Program-made: the position numbers and the translations under genes
Notes under the pieces: model-generated
Databases searched by the model: none
What the model saw: the letters and a program-made list of their open reading frames with translations, nothing else
What the model was told of the DNA's origin: nothing
DNA from: Candidatus Auribacterota bacterium
GTDB taxonomy: Bacteria; Auribacterota; UBA6266
Length of the DNA: 9,600 nucleotides
NCBI GenBank assembly: GCA_023136205.1
Contig: JAGLRQ010000112.1
Coordinates: forward strand, 1-9,600
Direction of reading: 5' to 3'
In this document: positions 7,630-9,600 of the stretch, one piece after another
Numbering within the stretch: position 1 is the stretch's first letter
Layout: each line of letters starts with the position of its first letter

Positions 7630-8447
7630 GAGATTCCTGCGACCTCCACGTTCACACAACACTTTCTGACGGAACTTTTACACCCGCCCAGATAGTAAAA
7701 AAGGCAGTAGAATTAGGCCTCAGGGCAGTCGCAATAACCGATCATGATACGGTTGCAGGGATTGGACAATCGCTGGAAGCTGCCGCCGGCACCGGATTGG
7801 AAATAATTCCCGGGATAGAAATGAGCGCTGACATTGATGCGGGAGAACTGCATATGCTGGGGTATTTTATGGATTATAAATCCGGGCCTCTCCTGAAAGA
7901 ACTCGAGGATTGCTGCAATATAAGGACGCAGAGAATATATAAAATCGTGGAACGCCTGGAAAAAATGGGAATAAACATCCGCAGTGATGAGGTTTTTAAT
8001 GAGGCAAATGGAATTGCGGTTGGAAGGCCCCATGTTGCCAGGGTTATGTTGAAAAAGGGGTATATCAAAAATACATCGGAAGCTTTTAGAAAATATATTG
8101 GAGAAAAGTGCCCCGCGTATGTGGGAAAGAAAAAAACAACTCCTGAAAAGGTTATTGAAATAATCAGGAAGGCAGGAGGTATGGCCGGTATAGCCCATCC
8201 GGGCAGTATAAACAGAGATGATCTAATCGTCAGATTGATTGACCGCGGACTGCAATTTATTGAGGCATATCATCCGGACCATAGTACTTCGATTGAAAAA
8301 CATTATAAGAAGATGGCGGAAAGAAAAGGCCTGCTTGTAACCGGGGGTTCTGATTTTCACGGAATAAACAAGCAGTCGGTTTCTCTTGGCAGCAAAACGG
8401 TTCCGTACTCTACTGTTGAAGAAATAAAGAGAAGGCTTAAATTATAA
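7626..8447 (+). CDS. PHP-domain metal-dependent phosphoesterase (TrpH/YciV-like, COG0613-type)
   Basis: 273 aa with PHP motifs CDLHVHTTLSDG, AITDHDTVAG, IAHPG and GGSDFHG. The start overlaps the nusB stop (ATGA, 7626-7629), and the stop overlaps the ftsY start (TAATG). Confidence 0.85.
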   Translation: MRDSCDLHVHTTLSDGTFTPAQIVKKAVELGLRAVAITDHDTVAGIGQSLEAAAGTGLEIIPGIEMSADIDAGELHMLGYFMDYKSGPLLKELEDCCNIRTQRIYKIVERLEKMGINIRSDEVFNEANGIAVGRPHVARVMLKKGYIKNTSEAFRKYIGEKCPAYVGKKKTTPEKVIEIIRKAGGMAGIAHPGSINRDDLIVRLIDRGLQFIEAYHPDHSTSIEKHYKKMAERKGLLVTGGSDFHGINKQSVSLGSKTVPYSTVEEIKRRLKL

Positions 8448-9361
8448 TGATGATGGTATCAATCCTTAATAAATTTAAAAAAGGCCTGAAAAAGACACAT
8501 GACAATTTAACAACTGTTTTTTCGGTGCTTTTAAACGGTTTGAACTCTTTAGGTACTGAAGAAACAGAAGAACTTGAAGAGGTTCTTTTACAGGCAGATG
8601 TTGGCCTTGAGACCGCGGAGAAAATAATCGAAGAGGTTAAAAAAGCGGATATTGACCATAAAAATCACAATGAAATGAATGCAGCTTTGAAAAAAACTCT
8701 CAAAGAGTTTTTTTATTTAGACGATAAAAGGGCTCTCACATTAAAAGAAAAACCTTCTGTTGTCCTGTTTGTCGGAGTAAACGGAAGCGGCAAAACCACT
8801 TCAATCGCTAAGTTTTCAAAGATGCTCTCTGAGCAAGGCAAAAAAGTAATGCTCGCGGGCTGTGATACTTTCAGGGCAGCTGCAATTGAGCAGATATCAG
8901 TCTGGGCAGGCCGTTTAGATATTCCGGTGGTTAAAGGGTTCTCCGGCGCGGACCCTGCGAGTGTGGCTTATGACGCGCATGAATCAGCTTTATCAAAAAA
9001 TATTGACTGTTTGATTATTGATACTGCAGGAAGGCAGCATACAAAAGATCATCTAATGGAAGAATTAAAAAAAATAATAAACACCATAAGGAAAAAAGAT
9101 ACTTCACAGCCTTCCGAAGTGTTCCTTGTCCTGGATTCCACTACCGGACAGAACGGTTTATCCCAGGCTCAAAAGTTTAATGAATTTATCGGCTTAACCG
9201 GTGTGGTACTGACAAAGATGGACGGTACCGCGAAAGGTGGTATTGCCCTGCGTATTGAAAAAACGCTTGGGATTCCGGTTAAATACATAGGCCTCGGCGA
9301 AGAGTTTGATGATTTTTGTGAATTCGACCCTGATAGTTTCTGTGAAGCGTTAATTAACTGA
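8447..9361 (+). CDS. ftsY: Signal recognition particle receptor FtsY (short form, NG domain with a minimal N-terminal extension)
   Basis: 304 aa with an N domain (LKKGLKKTHDNL...LEEVLLQADVGLETAEKII) and GTPase motifs GVNGSGKTTS (G1), DTAGR (G3) and TKMDGTAKGG (G4). Three consecutive ATGs at 8447, 8450 and 8453 leave the exact start ambiguous by up to 2 codons. Confidence 0.95.
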   Translation: MMMVSILNKFKKGLKKTHDNLTTVFSVLLNGLNSLGTEETEELEEVLLQADVGLETAEKIIEEVKKADIDHKNHNEMNAALKKTLKEFFYLDDKRALTLKEKPSVVLFVGVNGSGKTTSIAKFSKMLSEQGKKVMLAGCDTFRAAAIEQISVWAGRLDIPVVKGFSGADPASVAYDAHESALSKNIDCLIIDTAGRQHTKDHLMEELKKIINTIRKKDTSQPSEVFLVLDSTTGQNGLSQAQKFNEFIGLTGVVLTKMDGTAKGGIALRIEKTLGIPVKYIGLGEEFDDFCEFDPDSFCEALIN

Positions 9362-9396
9362 AAACGGAAAATTTGCCACAGAGAAGCAGGATTAAG

Positions 9397-9426
9397 TTCC
9401 CGATCGGGGAGAATTTGTGATTTTTT
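9397..9426 (+). terminator. Weak candidate terminator or hairpin downstream of ftsY
   Basis: The hairpin pairs TTCCC (9397-9401) with GGGGA (9406-9410) over a GATC loop; it contains the palindrome CCCGATCGGG at 9399-9408. A T6 run at 9421-9426 lies 10 nt downstream. The spacing is non-canonical and the stem is short. Confidence 0.3.
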
Positions 9427-9447
9427 ATACTCGATACTCAATACTAC
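9427..9447. repeat. Three tandem heptamers ATACTCG / ATACTCA / ATACTAC
   Basis: Read directly from 9427-9433, 9434-9440 and 9441-9447. The repeats directly abut copy B of the GC-rich element. Confidence 0.8.
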
Positions 9448-9494
9448 ATAGTGCGAAGCGTAGCGTAGCCTCCCCAGAGGGGACGAGATACTGT
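9448..9494. repeat. Copy B of the 47-nt GC-rich intergenic element, inverted relative to copy A
   Basis: ATAGTGCGAAGCGTAGCGTAGCCTCCCCAGAGGGGACGAGATACTGT. Its reverse complement aligns to 3358-3404. It carries GCGAAGC at 9453-9459, GTAG at 9465-9468 immediately 5' of the TCCCC-AGA-GGGGA hairpin (9471-9483). It lies between the ftsY stop and the ribD start. Confidence 0.85.
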
Positions 9495-9502
9495 CTTTAA
9501 TT

Positions 9503-9600
9503 ATGTCAAAATTTACTCAACGAGAAATCAAATGGATGAAGTTGGCCATTGAACAGGCCCGAAGGGGAATTGGTTTTACGGCGCCTAATCCTGTTGTGGG
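9503..9600 (+). CDS. ribD: Riboflavin biosynthesis deaminase/reductase RibD, N-terminal fragment (3'-truncated by the window edge)
   Basis: This ORF is absent from the track because it is short and runs off the window. The translation MSKFTQREIKWMKLAIEQARRGIGFTAPNPVVG matches the conserved RibD N-terminus pattern (YM..AL.LA..G.G.T.PNP.VG, as in E. coli and B. subtilis RibD). There is no obvious SD. An in-frame alternative start is the ATG at 9536. Confidence 0.75.
   Translation, partial: MSKFTQREIKWMKLAIEQARRGIGFTAPNPVV

Noticed and set aside
7264-8198. Minus-strand ORFs of 100-161 aa antisense to nusB and the PHP gene (7264-7662, 7353-7655, 7713-8198, 7874-8068)
   Set aside because: They overlap strongly supported plus-strand genes completely. 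They have no motifs and no SD, and their composition is typical of antisense frames.
9169-9441. 90-aa minus-strand ORF spanning the ftsY 3' end and the downstream spacer
   Set aside because: Most of it is antisense to the conserved FtsY G domain, and the remainder crosses the hairpin and heptamer repeats. It has no RBS or motifs.
3358-9494. Reading the inverted 47-nt copies as terminal inverted repeats of a composite transposon or genomic island
   Set aside because: There is no transposase, integrase or recombinase between them. The cargo is core housekeeping (rib genes, nusB, ftsY). I found no flanking direct target-site duplication. A dispersed REP-like repeat is more parsimonious.

Overview
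This AT-rich bacterial window is almost entirely core housekeeping genes, and I see no defence, secretion, toxin or mobile-element gene system. In order: the 3' ~94% of smc (+); a convergent minus-strand pair, an Lrp/AsnC regulator followed by a class I/II PLP aminotransferase; then a divergent rib leader with a near-consensus extended -10 sigma70 promoter, an FMN (RFN) riboswitch aptamer and an intrinsic terminator. That leader precedes a tightly packed plus-strand string, ribBA, ribH, nusB, a PHP-domain (TrpH/YciV-like) protein and ftsY, followed by the first 32 codons of ribD, which the ORF track missed. The features not explained by genes are small. A 47-nt GC-rich element occurs twice in inverted orientation (3358-3404 and 9448-9494, 42/47 identical) and looks REP-like. 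Short tandem repeats lie in three intergenic spacers. The operon layout places nusB and ftsY downstream of an FMN riboswitch and separates ribD from ribBA-ribH. The long antisense ORFs in the track are artefacts of purine-rich coding strands. Taxon is not assignable from this window alone.
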